Below are positions 24,791 through 39,800 of a DNA stretch of 64,000 bases, piece by piece. The notes beneath the pieces were generated by a model, which saw only the letters and a list, made by a program, of their open reading frames with translations, was not told the DNA's origin and did not search any database. Source of the DNA: the human T2T-CHM13v2.0 reference genome, Homo sapiens; assembly GCF_009914755.1 (NCBI RefSeq), contig NC_060931.1. One strand, 5' to 3'. Position 1 is the first letter of the stretch. Each line of letters opens with the position of its first letter. The position numbers were made by a program, and so were the translations under genes.

Positions 24791-27534
24791 ACTCTAGCAC
24801 AGAGATATGTGGATGCTCGATCTTGTGAATTTTTTGAAAACTGTCTGCTTAAGTATGTATAACTGCACCTTTGTAGGAGTTTCATATAAAAGTAAATATA
24901 TCTAGCAGCAGCTTAGTGTTTAACAAGACAATCATTTCTTCTTAATGGAGGAATTTAACTAGATTGCAAATGTTACCATCTTTAAGGATGGTGTAATCAA
25001 GTAATTGTGTTTTTGCATGTTTTTGTTTCTTTGTTTGTTGTTTACTTAGACTCTTGCCAACTCAGACTGTTCTCAGACCTGGGGCAGCACTGGCTATGTT
25101 ATATTATTATTATATTTATAATAATTATTTAATGTAAGTATATTCATTCTGTGTAACTGGATGCTAACTTTGACTCTTTCCTCTTTGTTTGTGCCAGACT
25201 TCTGAATAGCCCTTTTTTCTCTGACTTTATGAGTGGTCCAGACACAAGTAATAGTGCAGTGCAATAGGGAGTATCAATGCAAAAATTCTTGAATTCTACA
25301 TTCCAAGTTAGCTCTCCAGAGCAAATTGACTCAGGCCAAATACATTTTCTCTATGACACTTTCTATAACAAGGTAGGCAGTATATTTCCTAAGATATTAG
25401 ATTGTTTCTTTTTAAACTTCTAATTAAATCACTTAGAAAACCATATTGCAGTTGTCCATTGTATGTCAATATCCCTGATTCAATGGTGATCTTGAGGACA
25501 CAGATTGTATATTTTTTTTAATCTCCAGAGACATGTAGGCATGCAATAAATGGTCTGCCTTGGACTTACCTTACACTAAAACCCTTGACACTAGAAGTGG
25601 GTGATTTAAAAAGAAACAAATAAAAAGTAAAAAATAAATAACTCAGAGAAACTCTTTACCTTCATTCATAGTTTTCATTTGACTGTTCAAGAGGAATATC
25701 TAAGGTCTTATGATAGTAAAATTTTCTTATTCTTTAGAAAGTCTGACTGTATCTATTTTAGAAGCCCTATAGTCTATAGTAGTTTTTGATAACTATATGA
25801 ATTAATGGATGAATGAATTTCCAAAAAATTATTGAAAACTGGATTTTTAAATTAACATGAGAGACCAGTAAACATTTGTGTTTGTTTAACCAAAAAAAAA
25901 AAAAAAAATTCTATTATCTTTGTCATTTTATGAAGGACATTCTAAAAACTAAAGTATAGAAAAGATATAATCTCAGAATAAAAATCAAATTTTGAAAACA
26001 TAAATTTATTTTTATTTTAAAATTCAAGGCACTACCCTATCACATTCCATGGACTCTAGTTGTTAGTTGTCTGTGGACTATTAGGACAGAACCGCTTGTT
26101 TGAGATGCAAGGTCAGAGTGTAAAGGGTGTGAAGGGCGATGGGAGAGTCTCATGATTCCCTCTCCTTTGTGCGGCCTCTGTTCACTACACACAGCAGGAG
26201 TGCTTTCGTAGTCAGCTCACCTATTTGAGCTAGTTACCCTTTTATCTTTGGCTTAGTAAAACTGCCATTATAGAAAGAGGAAAAAGCCACAAACATTTAA
26301 GCTGTAAAACGTTAGCTCCTCCTTTAATGGAAAGATGTGAACCAACATACTTTGTATATAGGGCAAGGATCAGAGATACTGGAAGATTTTAACAGGCAGA
26401 GTAACCATAGACTTTTTGAAAGGAGAAAAGTGTTCTATAACCACCATGGGTCACCTGTTGATCATTCCTCATTAGTAAAGTCATTATGTACTTGCCAAGA
26501 TTAACTGAATGGAAGCAGAAGTAAATTCAGATGTAGATAATACCATTACAGGAGGATATACTTTCTTCTAATAGGAACCAATAAACTCTCATAGTCTTTC
26601 AAAATGATTCGTCACATGCCTCAAATATTTGCACAAAACTGGAAACATAATTTGCAACTAATTATTTCTCTGGATGGATCCTCCATTTATAAAATGCTAG
26701 CAGGAGATCTGCAAATTCTGGCAAACATAAAGGCTTTGATGGCCATGAACTACATTAATATAATATTCAAAGCAACAAAGCCAAGACAGAATGACTAATT
26801 ATCTAAATTTCTTCTGCTTTTCTCTAGTTCTATCCCAATAATTGTTTTCCAACATGATTTACTTCCTCTCATGCCTCACTGTATTTATTCTCATACTTCC
26901 AACCTCTTCAAAGCAAGATGGAGCTAGTGATGACTGATGATTTGTTACTTTTAACAATTATGAAATTTATTTCCTATCCCACAGCACAAAAAATACCTTG
27001 TCTATTTCCCTGCTTTTGCTGTTTAGTTTTTTATCCAGAGAAGCAAAACTGAATATCCTCCCAAAGTGCTTCATGCTCCTGCCAACACAGAAAAGTTAAT
27101 ACAGTTTTTAGGTCTAAAAATTAAAAATTAAAAACAGTCTTCTCTATCTAACACACTGGGATCTGGTAAAAATAAACTGTAGGAATCCTGGTGCACTGAG
27201 AAATGTCAGCACTCTTTCACTTTGCCTTCTCTTGTAGTGGGCTTTGTTCTCTGTTCCTGACCTCGTGCAATGCTGTCCTTTGTTTGGCGTGGCGCCTAGT
27301 TTACCTTTTACTTGATATAGCTTCTCTAGCAATCACCTTTGATTCACCAGAGATATAAATCTGCATTTGTCCTTATCATGGCCTATTTCTAGATCTTTGT
27401 GTATCTTCTTTCCTATTCCCAAACCTAGTCCTGGACCTTGGGACCTCATCCCAGGCCTCTTCCATCCTACAAAAGAAGAGTAAGCTCAGAGCTGAACAAA
27501 GTTGAACAAAGCTAAACTATTTGCCAAATAAAGT

Positions 27535-27560
27535 TGTTTTGTTTTGTTTTGTTTTGTTTT
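27535..27560. repeat. (GTTTT)n microsatellite
   Basis: gttttgttttgttttgttttgtttt. Confidence 0.92.
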
Positions 27561-28052
27561 AACAGTACCTCATTTCCAAGTAAATCAATGTTTGAAGTAA
27601 CAGTGATAATTTGAGATAACTTGAGTCATTTCTTTCTTTGGAGCCTGTTATTCAAAATTCTCTATCAAATAGCTCTATGTAATATAGTCTGATTTTTTTC
27701 TGCCTTTCCCATAAGGATGGCTACTTACTTGTCCCTCAACTACTTGATTATTACAATTGCATGAAATTTTATTCCTTACTAAGCTCTCTTCATCAAACAA
27801 CCAAGCATACCCTCACCACAACATCCACATGACCTCAGCTATTTCTGAGTGAATACTGTAGAGCTTGATTTGTACAGTATTTATATTATTACACCATTGT
27901 GAGGAAAATTGTTAAAACCAAGATTTGTCTCCTGAACTGGACTCCAAGTACCAGAAAGAAAATAACTATGTCCCTTTGTCTCCAGATGGGTTAAAAACCC
28001 AGCACATTTCTGGATCCTTCCTGATAGGAACATAATAAACATTGAAGTCTGG

Positions 28053-28100
28053 CTTTGTAAAGAATCATTAGTCTTTCTTTGTAAAGAATCATTAGTCTCT
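28053..28100. repeat. Two-copy 24-bp tandem duplication
   Basis: ctttgtaaagaatcattagtct(t/c)t occurs twice. Confidence 0.92.
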
Positions 28101-28249
28101 CTTTTCATATTTACATTTTATTATGAGAACATATTTCTTTTTCCCCAGGAACTTAAAGTACTTTAATTTCTTTTGTAATTTCTTTAAGTATAGGCAGGGC
28201 AAGATAAAAACACTTTTTTTTTAAACAACACTAGTTAAATAGGCATTCC

Positions 28250-28780
28250 TTTTTTCAGTTTTTAATTTTTAGGAATAGATAATGATACATATATGTGAGG
28301 TACATTTGATATTTTGATACAAGCATACAATGTGTAACAAATAAGCCTGGGTAATTGGGATATCCATCACCCAAAGCATTTATCATTTATTTGGGTTGGG
28401 AACATTCCAAGTCTTCTCTTCTAGCTACTTTGAAAGAGATAATAAATTATTCTTAACAATAGTTGTCTTATTGTGCTACTGAATGCTGGATCTTATTCGT
28501 TGTAACTGTATTTTTGGACCCATTAACCAAACCTTCTTAATCCCCTCCTCCTCCCTTTTCTTCCCAGCCTCTGGTAACCATTGTTCTACTCTCTACATCC
28601 ATAAAATCATCCCTCCTCCTTCCTTTTCTTCTCAGCCTCTAATAACCATTATTCTACTCTCTACATCCATAAAATAATTTTCTTTAGCTCCCATTTAAGA
28701 ATGAGAACATGCGATATTTGTCCTTGTATGCCTGGCTTATGTCATTTAACATAATGTCCTCCAGTTCCATCCATGTTCTT
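28250..28780 (-). mobile_element. L1MA-type 3'-end fragment with an internal 68-bp tandem duplication
   Basis: gtacatttgatattttgatacaagcatacaatgtgtaac...gggtaattgggatatccatcacc...gtcctccagttccatccatg; duplicated unit at 28540-28607 and 28608-28675. Confidence 0.88.
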
Positions 28781-29542
28781 ATTAGTTTATTAAACAAAAT
28801 TTGTTTGTAGCCTAATGAGTAAGAAAACACTAAAACACATTTTACCACCAAGAAAAATAAAAACGAAAAGGAGCTGTCTATATCATGAAAGTGTGGATTC
28901 ACATACAAATAAATGAAGTATGTAGTAAAAAAAGTCACTAAGGGAAGATCAGAATTTTATTTTCTCTATTGAAAATGTGGAGACTTGGTTTCTGAGCATT
29001 ATCATCTGACTTGTTTGTCAGCAAGAGAGAGATGTGCTGCTCTATTTTGCATATAATGACACTTGATCAGTTGATATATCATTGTGAAAAAGGCAAAGGG
29101 CATCATGCATTCACTGACGTATATACAGCATCAACAGGTGTTAATAACAACTATTGCAAATGCTTCATAGAATAACAAAAGGAGCATAGATCAGACAAGG
29201 AGTGTAGATGGTCTGCAACTGCTCTTTTGAGAAGGATTATGTCTAACACAAAGAATTATTTCATTACCACTTCCAGTACTCTTGAAAAACAACAACAAAA
29301 GAATGTGAGGTTTAGAGACTGATTGATTAAACCACTCTGAAAATGTGATTTTTAAAACTGCAGAAGAGGGGAATGACATAAGATGAAGAAGAGTATCTCT
29401 ATAGGGAGAAGGAAGGTTAATATATGAGTAAGACTAAAGGAAACTTGGAGAAGTGAGAGAAGAACCTTTTAAAACGAATTCATGCAAGAAGGATTTATAT
29501 AACTTGCTGTCTATGTAAACATGGCTAGCCCTCCCATTAAAT

Positions 29543-29953
<411 letters not shown>

Positions 29954-31084
29954 CAATATGTAATTTCAAAGGAGATTTTGTTTTGTTCATATTAGGAGAG
30001 ACTAGTCCTCAGTCTTTATTCCTATAAGATAACAAAACACTGAGCCACGTTGGCATCTTTGCATCATAGTGCTTGTCCAACAGAGACACAAAACAACTAT
30101 ACCATTCTTCTAAAGCTAATCTCCTATTTCTCTCAAGGAATAGCCTGAGGTGTACTTCTGGTTGCTCTAACCAAAGGCCTCAGAATGCTCAGGCTTAGAG
30201 TTTCTACAAAAGAATGATAAGTAATGCAACTCCTCTTCTCCCCAGATGATTTTAGAATATAATCATCACCATAGTCAGATACCTCCATTGGCCATTTTCC
30301 CAATGATACCTAATGACATTCAGAGATAGCTTATAATTTTGCTCTTTTATGACAAGAAACCAAAGTAGCCCTGTCATGTACCATTATAAAAAACTACTAA
30401 TTAATGACATGGCATCATGTATATTTTCAGTCTGAAGCCCAAATGAATCACTACGAAATCTAAAATTGACCTTCCCTCATTCTTTCTCATATTTTCCTCT
30501 CCCCTAATCTTCCCTCTGAGGAATGATAGTGTTATTTATATCATCTTTCTATCTATTTATCTACACACCTACCTACCTATTATTTATCCCTTCTATCTAT
30601 AATTTTTTTCTTATGAAGACAACAAAGTTCATAATAGCAAATTTGGAAAATTCAGAAAAACAAAAAGAATATAAATCACCTATTGTGGTTCTAGCCAATG
30701 ATAACTAATATTACTTAGTTGTCCATCTTGTTAGTAATTTAAAAATATTAGGATGATACTATATATATAATTTTATATCATATACTTTTCATGTAACAAA
30801 TATATAAAAATATTTTTCAATGTAATAAAAGCTTGATGCTTATAAGACTATCTACTGTAGAAATATAGTATACTTCTTGGGCACATCATGGGAAGCATTA
30901 GATTTAATTTTAATTACATAATTATTATGAATTATTTTAGGTCTTTGGGTATTTTTTAAAATAAGTGGATTGTATCCTTTTCCAAATTTAGTTTTAGAAA
31001 CACTTGTACAGATACACACACATACTTTCTCTCTCTCTGGATATACAGATAAATAGATATCCATCACTGTTAAACTCTTTTTGC

Positions 31085-31230
31085 AGATTATCTCATTTAA
31101 TCCTCCACCAATCCTTTGAGTTAAGCAGTTAAGCATTATTATTTTTACAGAGTAAAAAATAAAGGTTCAGATCAAATAAATTTCTAAAGATCAGGTTCCT
31201 CTGACGTTAATGTTCAAAACATTTTCACCA
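31085..31230 (-). mobile_element. MIR relic
   Basis: attatctcatttaatcctccaccaatcctttgag...attattatttttacagag. Confidence 0.6.
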
Positions 31231-32244
31231 CTCTACCATATTGTATCCCAGATATTACAGCTAAGGAAATTTATCTTGATTTTCTCCAACAGTTTCATAT
31301 AAATATTTTGAAGCACAGAGTAAAGGTGAAGAATTTTCTAGTGAGAGTGAGCACTCCTATCCTTAATATCTATATTTTGCCATTAACACTTTTACTGTAT
31401 GAGTTTTATCACATACCTTTGTTTCTACTCATCTTGATATCCATCCATTTATCTATATTATTTTTATGTGTATCAGTCCTTAATTTTTGAGCCCTATTAT
31501 ACCACTGCCTAAACTAAGCAATGGCTATGATAAATATATTTTGGCTGTTTTAGTTTTGTTTCTTTTTTAACATTTTGTTCTTTGGTCATAGGTAGGAATG
31601 ATCAAACCCAAATAATATTAAAGATCTAGAAAATCACAAAGTTATTTTGCATCAGTATCACCAGTCATTGATCTTCTAGGAATAGAAAAATTAAGAAATA
31701 CTATACTGGGTGAAGTCAAAAATCTGCTTAAAAACACTGGGGTTGAAAATGTAGTCATTCTACTACTTTTAGGTACAGAGGAAACAATTTTTTGAAGCTA
31801 TTTAACACTGATTTGATTTTCCTCATGATTTTAGTCAGATCCCAGAAGGCAGTGCCACTGCTAGTCCTCATGATGCTTTTATGTATGTTTGAAAAAGTAT
31901 CCCTGCCTCAAGATATTGATTTCCCTCTGTCGGAAAATTGTCATTATGAAGGTACAAGCCTGCAATGTGAACATAGCCCATCAGGTTGTGGTTCCTGTGT
32001 AGTACACAACCACTGCTGCTGACTTCAGAGATCCTCCGGGAGGTTCCTATAGTGGATTCAGTGGATGATGTATATGCCCTGCTGGGCTTGACTCTGTGAC
32101 GCTCTGGAGGGGATCCTTCCCGTGAGCCTGCTGCTTAGGTACCTGGCTTTGCCCCAGCAGCTCCTCTGGTGAGCTTCTGAGCTGTGTTCTTCAACCAGTT
32201 TCTCAGAAAATCCAGGAATCTAACCTACAACATGAGAATGAACA

Positions 32245-32405
32245 ATGGCTCAAGGGGCTACTCTCTGCCTGTGGGGTAGCCCTCCTCTGCTGGAGCAGTC
32301 ATAGAGCAGTAATAGAGCAGTAACACTGCCACTTCAGTAAAGCTGTTTTCTTCTACCCTACCACTAACTTGTCCTTCAGTTCTTTCCTGTGCAAAGCCAA
32401 GAAAA
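32245..32405 (+). mobile_element. ERV1 (MER4-group, MER50-like) LTR 3' fragment
   Basis: ggggctactctctgcctgtggggtagccct...cagtaaagctgttttcttc...ttctttcctgtgcaaagccaagaa. Confidence 0.6.
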
Positions 32406-33014
32406 AAACAAAGTGGGTCAATGAAGCTACATGCCAGAGCCTTGTACCTCAACATTTCACATTATGAGGCTTACATATGATATAGCTACTACCATGAGGT
32501 CTTTCATTCAATGGCCTGAAACATAGAGCTGAACACACAGAATCTCTTGAGATAATTTTCTAAAATGAGGCAAAAAATTACAATATTGGCATTTCTCTTT
32601 CTCTACGTTTATTTCCCTCCTTTGCTGTACTCTTCCACAATTCTCAGGTATCATAAAGCCTTGGCTATTCTTTTACTTCTTCTATATCAGCTCTTTCTTC
32701 TTTCTGAGTCTGGTTGCAGATTAAACCTGAGGATGACAGTGATGAGGAAAAGTTTAATGTGAGAATTAGCCATTGACGGCTTAAATGGTGCTAAAGAATC
32801 TTAGAAAATCTTCAGTCTCTCTCTCTTCCAAAAGTGTGGTTTAAGGCAGATTATGTTGCTTTAAAGTCCTATTTTGCATACCAAAATTAAATATTAACTC
32901 TCCTTTTTCTCTTTACATTGCTTGTCAATTTCTCCTACCTTTCTTTATACCTTGGACTAAAGAGAAAGTCATGTGCTTGTTTAAATTTCCATGCAGGTTT
33001 AAATAAGCTACCCA

Positions 33015-33443
33015 TCTAGATTACATTATTATGGTTGCTTAACAAATCACTGTGCCACAAATTTAGTGGCATACAAGAACACCCAGTTATTATCTCATAG
33101 TTCTATAGACCAAAAATCAGTGTGGGTTCAACTGGGTTTTCTACTCAGGATGTCATAAGATATCATCTGGGCTGGCCTTAAGCGGGGGCTATGGTTAAAA
33201 AATCTACTTTCAAGCTCATTTTAGAGAAAATGACTTTTAAATGGCTGGTGTGATTAGATTACACTCAGTGGGATAATCTGCCTTTTCATTAACTCAAAGT
33301 CAACTGATTAGTAACTTTAAGTACATCTACAAAATCTTTTTGTTACATAAAGTAATATAATCAAGGTGTGATATCTCATTATATTCACAGTCCCAGATAT
33401 TAGGATACAGAATCTTGGTGGACCACTTTTAGAATTCTGCCTA
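33015..33443 (-). mobile_element. MLT1E-like MaLR LTR
   Basis: aatttagtggcatacaag...tattatctcatagttct...ataatctgccttttcattaactcaaagtcaactgattagtaac...ttttagaattctgccta. Confidence 0.75.
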
Positions 33444-36274
33444 AAATAATTTCTTATTTTAAATCAGAAAGCTAACTCTTGGGATTTCTGTAACTCTTTG
33501 TGTATAGTAATCAAAATAGTCCTTCTCAGAGTTCACAGTTACCTGTGAGGAGATTATTCTAGTGATAAAATTGAATTTATGCTTTTTTAACTTTTATTTT
33601 AAAAATAAGAATTTTTTATTTGTTGTATTTAATTATGAGTGATATTACAAAGATCACATATTTTATTAAAAGAAAAAAGCAGCACAACATAAGAAAATGG
33701 CCAAACTACTTATAAAATACTAGCTTTTAAATATTTACTTTTTTGGTATTCTTTATATATATGCTTTATCCATTATGAAATCTGGCATATAATTCTAATG
33801 CATTTAAAATATAGAAAACATACTGATTTTATTTCTTTGGAATATTGTTATATCCATTAGGAAGAAGGTATGAAAGAAATAACACTATATTTTGTGTAAT
33901 TTGTTTATTCATTATTCCAAACATCACTTGGACCACCTTCTTCTGAGAATGTTGAAGTCTAGAAAATTTAAGCCAGATTATGTTGACGTTTTACCAAATC
34001 CTTGAGGAGCAGAATAATGTTTTGCAAAGTGAGGATAAGACTACATTGACATTTGATGACAAAAAACTTATGAGAAATAAAAAAGTAAATTTAGAACTAG
34101 TGAAATAAATACCTTGTTTATTCACTACTTGGCTTACATAATTTAATGAACAGAAAAAAGGTCAATGACCCAAAAAGAATAGTTCCTATCTGCACTGAAC
34201 AAATGCTAGAATTATCCTCTTCCAATTACTTTCTACAAAGCTTACTATCCAACGTCCCAAGCAGTGCTAATGAACAAAGAAACCAGAATTAAGCATTCGT
34301 TTATTTAAAATATGTGAAAATTCATGTACATGCCAAAACATCTATGTATTGTATAGACATAACTACAGGATCTCACTAGAGGATTTTGAGAAAAGCAATG
34401 ATATTATTGGATTAAGGCTCTGCTATATTTATTTAAAATATTTATTTGATTTATTCTTATTATAAAACTGGTCAGTGTGTATTCTGAACAATAGGAAAAA
34501 AGATAGAAAATTTGAAAGAAACAAGTGATTATACAGGCTCTCTCCCAAAATATTTTACTGTGACTATAATATTAGATGTGTTTATTCTAGACTTTCTAAG
34601 CAGGTTTTTCAGTTTTGATCATATATGTATAGGCTGATGTATTCACTTAATATTGTAACAAGTATTTTTCTATGTTATTACAATCTCTTCATAAAATCAG
34701 TTTTTCCTTATTGATTCTTCATCTTACATACATTTTATAATAAATATTATCTCACACTTAATTTTCTCTGTGCTTGAGTGAATGTCCTTGTATCTGAGTG
34801 ATTTAATTCTTTCATCATATGCTAACTCTTCTTCATTAATTTTTTTTGTTCAGCTGCCTCTTGCCTAATGCTTTCAGTTCTAGAAATCATTGAGATATGC
34901 TATGGCACAGGTTGTTTATGTAAAATTGAGTGACAATGTTTTTATAAAATAGTTTTCCCATTTATTTTTGCAAAAGCTCTTTTGTACTCATTAAACATGC
35001 AAAGATGATGGATATGCATTTATTTATGTACCTTTGACAGATTGAAACATGCAAGTGACAGTGTTTTTCAGCTATTTCATGACACAATCAATTTGATTCC
35101 AGAAAACAAATGCCAAAAACTGATGAATTCTTAGCGAAAATTTAGGTTAGTGATTTTTAACTTTTTCACTGTAGCCTTTGGCTACTTAAGTCACTAATTG
35201 CTTCAACAAAGATAATACTATTATATATATTCAGGTTATATCCAACTCAAGTTTACACTTCAGTAGTCTTTCATAAAAGCTATCCTATCTTTAATACCAT
35301 CTTTTCGGAATAATGATTCTGTTTAGAGATTTTCCCTACTTTGTTGGTTCATCATAGATTTGATGCTACAGTTTCTCAACAACATACATTAAATTGGAGT
35401 TTGCCTTCTTTTAATCACATTTATTTATTTTTTATCTTATTCATTAATCTAATTGGGTCATGTATGAGAAGTTTATAAAAACAACTTATCCTCTTCATCA
35501 ATTTCCTCTGGATTCATTTTGCATAGAGAGGAAATCAACCATAAAAATTAATTCCAGAGTATATACCAGCTTCCGGAATTGGAGTTGCATCAACACACAC
35601 ATAAGAAACATCAGATGGTCTGGGCTAGATTGTTTGATTTTGTTGTTATGTCATTGGCTTTGTTTTAGTTCCTGGAAAAAAATGAATAAGGGATGACTAC
35701 TCCTTTAAGAGCTTCAGATTTTCAGAGGTCCTTGCATATCGCCTGCCTATCTATTGCCATGGTTCTGTTCTCCCTGTGCACATCACTGATAAGCAGGAGC
35801 AGACTGGATGAGAGAGGGATAGAGGTGTTGTAGGAGGAAGGCTCTTTGATTTGCAAGTAGAAAAATAGATAGGTCAAGGATGAGAGTAAGTTGGTAGAAA
35901 GTTGAACCTATATCAGAAAACCAAAAACGTGTAAGTAGCTATGAAACTTAAGTGATAAACAATATATATGATATTTGCAGAGCATATAATAGATATACTT
36001 ACTAATTGACAAGATTTTAATTTTATCAAATTATATTTCAAGGACATATCTAGGAAACCCTTAGGTGTAGAAATTCCAACAAAAATGATGTATGGTATTA
36101 TTTCACTATCATAAAAGTATGCATCTGACTCAAGATTGGTTTTGTACAAATCAGGCACATTGTACATTTCTTCCCCTAGGCCATCCTTTCCCTAAATCCC
36201 AAGCATTCTCACCTCCAGTTGGACTGAAGGTGTCAATTCCTGGCTAGAGTCTGGTTTTATGACTTATGTTATAG

Positions 36275-36830
36275 AACATAACTCCTCACTCTTTAAGGGG
36301 GAGATGTGCTTCGTGACCTCCTTCCAAAGAGTGCTGTATGGAAATGTGGGAAAGAGTAACTTCACAGTAGAGAAACCTGAAAAACACCACCCGATCAAAG
36401 TGAGAAAGTTGAGCATTAGTAGTGATAAATTATGTCTATAATATATGCCTTTGTTATGTTGTTATGAGAATTTTTACCTCTGTTGTCCTCCTCCCCAAAC
36501 TTTATAACCCTAGCTTAATCATGAGAAAAACATGAGACAATTCTCAGTTGAATGACATTCTGCAAAATACCTGACCAATACTCAAAGCTGTGAAGGTCAT
36601 TAAAAACAAGGCAAGTCTGAGAAATTGTCAGACCTTAGAGGATCTAAGAAGCCATGGCAGCTAAACATAGTGTGGCATTGTAGATGGGATCCTGGAACAA
36701 AAACAGAAATTAAATAAAATCTAAGGAAAGCTGCACGAAGTATGGACTTCAGTAGATAATTTGTATATCAATATTGATTCATTAATTTCATTGCAAATGT
36801 ACTCTACTAATATAATATTAAAAATAGGAG
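36275..36830 (+). mobile_element. L1MC/L1MD-type 3' UTR fragment
   Basis: gtgacctccttccaaagagtgctgtatgg...gtaacttcacagtagagaaacctg...gacattctgcaaaatacctgacc...gatgggatcctggaacaaaaa. Confidence 0.8.
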
Positions 36831-39800
36831 ATAAAGGAAAATTTCTCTAACTGTAGATTGTAGGCATTTTAAAAGACAATGCCTTGCACTTCCTTTCTCT
36901 ATTTTCTGCATAGAAATAGTGACCCTATGTTATATATTTCTGCCTAAAATAACTTGTACCATACAAAGTTAAATGTTTAATTCTTTCAGAAGAACGTTGC
37001 ATTAATTTCTACCCAACTACTCCATTGTTCTTCTCTTATGTTCTTGTTTACCGGCTCTTGATTGCAATTCTTCCTTATATTCAGTGCTGTTGGAGTATCC
37101 CTCTGACACATCTTAATGAACAGATTTATGGTTGTCTATCTTTCTCAAGAGGTTATCAGCTTTTAACTTTGTCTTTACCATGTGTACTTGAATCTTGAAT
37201 CATTGTGGTTTTGGATGATAACTCTGAATGCAAGATTCTGAAATAATACAGTTTAAACCAAACAATTTAAATTGGCAAGTGTTTAAACTCTGTGCTAAAG
37301 AGTGATTATCACATGCTGTTTACTTTAAAGCTATATAGAGCTTTGTCTTATACATGAATTAAAGCATTTATAAAACAAAATAAATTAGAAAACAGTGAAT
37401 CAGAAGTACTTGACTAAAAGCAGCAAAGTAGCCTCAGAAGGAATCTGAACAAACTTGACCTAGTGAGGTATAAAGTACAAAGATGGTTGAAATTGAGCCA
37501 GGAGTGAAGCCCTACCTACCAGGACATTTAGGTTGGAAGATGTCCATATCTGGAGTTTCCTTCCATCAGACTCAACAGATGGACACGGTAAAAGTTATGT
37601 GCGCATGGTGTGTATGAGAGTATGTGTATGTGTGTGTGTATAAACTGGACATGCTGTAGCATGTAAAAATTGAATTACTTCTTAGAAATATTTGCATAAT
37701 GCTTTTAAGGCAATATGTTTAACTGATACACACTTGGAATGGTGAAAGTGTGAATTAGGGACACTGTTCCAAACTATGAATAAAGTGGTGGTTTCACCCA
37801 GCACTAGATCCAGATTTGGGAGACACCTTGAGAATTATCTAATCAGTCATTAAGTTAACATCTTTTTTTTAGAGTTTGTTGTCATTTATTTAAAGTGGTT
37901 ACCTCATTTTGTAGTTATCATTACATCCAGACAATAAGGGATGTGGTTGAATTTCAAAAGTTTTCTAACTTAACAAGTCTTATTTTGTTAGATTATCCTC
38001 ACTTAGGTCTTCATATAAATTTGTAACTATTTCTTCTGAAGACATGGAGTTTTATTTAAACTACTGTATTTTTGTTTTATCATAGAACAACAGAATTCTT
38101 ATTACAGAAGTTGAAAATTTTTAATCACTATTGGATATTAACTGAAGTTCTGTTTCTAATCATAATGATACATTTAAGTGCCTACATGTGGCATACATTT
38201 CTAGATTCTTTGAGTAAAACATTTGTATGACATCAACATCTGTATTGCCATCAGGAGTGTCATTTCTACTGGCAGGGGCAGCCACCTGGAAACCTGAAGG
38301 AATCATCTACCCAGAAAAAGTGATAGGGCATATCTGTGGTACTAATTTTTGCTTTATTTCTGTTGTTCACAGATTGGCTTATACAGCCATTTATTCATTT
38401 AGAAGTTTTCTCTGCTAAGGCACCTTCCTCTCCTATCGCACCACTCAAAATTTGGCCCATCTTTCGGAACTCAGTTGAAATGCCATTTTGCCATTAAGTT
38501 GATTGAAATCCTCTCAAATATTTATGATCTATCCCTTTTCAGAATGCTAGTAACTTTTTTACTCTTTTGACATTCTCTTATGTTGTGTCTTGAATGACAG
38601 TTGTTCCTGTACAGATCTTAGCACTCTTATTAGCCTACCACGCCTGGAAAGGGCTGTCTGCCCCTTTGTCATCCTTGGCCTCATCTGACACACGACACTA
38701 TGCCCTCCATGTGATGTCACTGCCTGTCACCTTATGTTTCTATCCTGCGTTGTATACTCACGTTCTTCCATCTCACTTCCCTGCTGTCTCCTGTCTTTCT
38801 TTAGAACTACATTTTCCTCTGGTCCTCCTTCTTTGAGCATGTATTATTTTTAATATGCTCCCCATCCATATAATCCTGGCTAGCCTCTACTCACTTCTTA
38901 ACCACAACGCTCATCACTTTAAGGGAAGATATCTTAAACTGAGAGGGTTTGGAATAAAGTGGGGAAGTGGGATTTGTCAAACAGAATGAAAGCATGCATG
39001 CAGGTGACAGTCCTGAATGTGCATAAATGACATTGGAAGAAAGCAGAAAGACACTGGATGGAAATGTGCAAATGAAAGAAGATTCCATGGATTGGGAGAG
39101 CAGAGAAGTGAGAAATCATCCTTAAGTGATGTTCAAGAAGAACAGAGGAGATGATATTATCTCCAAATTTACCTGATCATAAGAAGTATCTTACCAACGT
39201 GTTAAGATGTAGATTCCTGAGACCCGCCACAGTCTAGCAAATTATAATCCCTTGAGACAGCCTGCAAATCTGATTTTAAGAAGCTTCTCAGTGATCCTTA
39301 TGATATGAATTTTGAGAAAACCTGGAGAAATTGATGGTAATGTCACAGAAACATAAAATGTTAAGAGAACTGGGGATGGAGTAGGGATAGGAGGTGGGAC
39401 AATTTCTTCCTCTTACAATACGGGATAATTGGGCCAAAAGCAGGGGTGCAGGGCAGAGTCCTAATGCACAAAGTGCTTTGGCCTCCTTAATGAGCCTGCA
39501 TTAACTCTGCCAGCTGAAAATATTTCTCAGTAAAATAGGGCAAAAGGCTTTTACAATAAGATTACTAAGATTTTGTTAAGTGTGTTTGACCATTAAGGGA
39601 AAAATGTGAAAAGTTGTGAGATATTTTCTACTCCTGAAACAATCATTTCCTATTAGCATTTTAGTCATAAGTTTACTTCACTAGCTCTTATGTTCTTAGT
39701 TTCTTCAACCTACTGCAGAAGAACTGAAAACATTATTAGAGTAACATGATATGATGAAATCATGAGATTTCAATCAGTTTTACAACAGAGCTGAAAGGTG

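Noticed and set aside
26604-26798. 64-aa ORF downstream of a possible acceptor
   Set aside because: No donor site or homology recognised.
31792-32022. 76-aa ORF with a hydrophobic N-terminus and Cys-rich end
   Set aside because: Non-ATG start, runs toward LTR-like sequence, and no family recognised.
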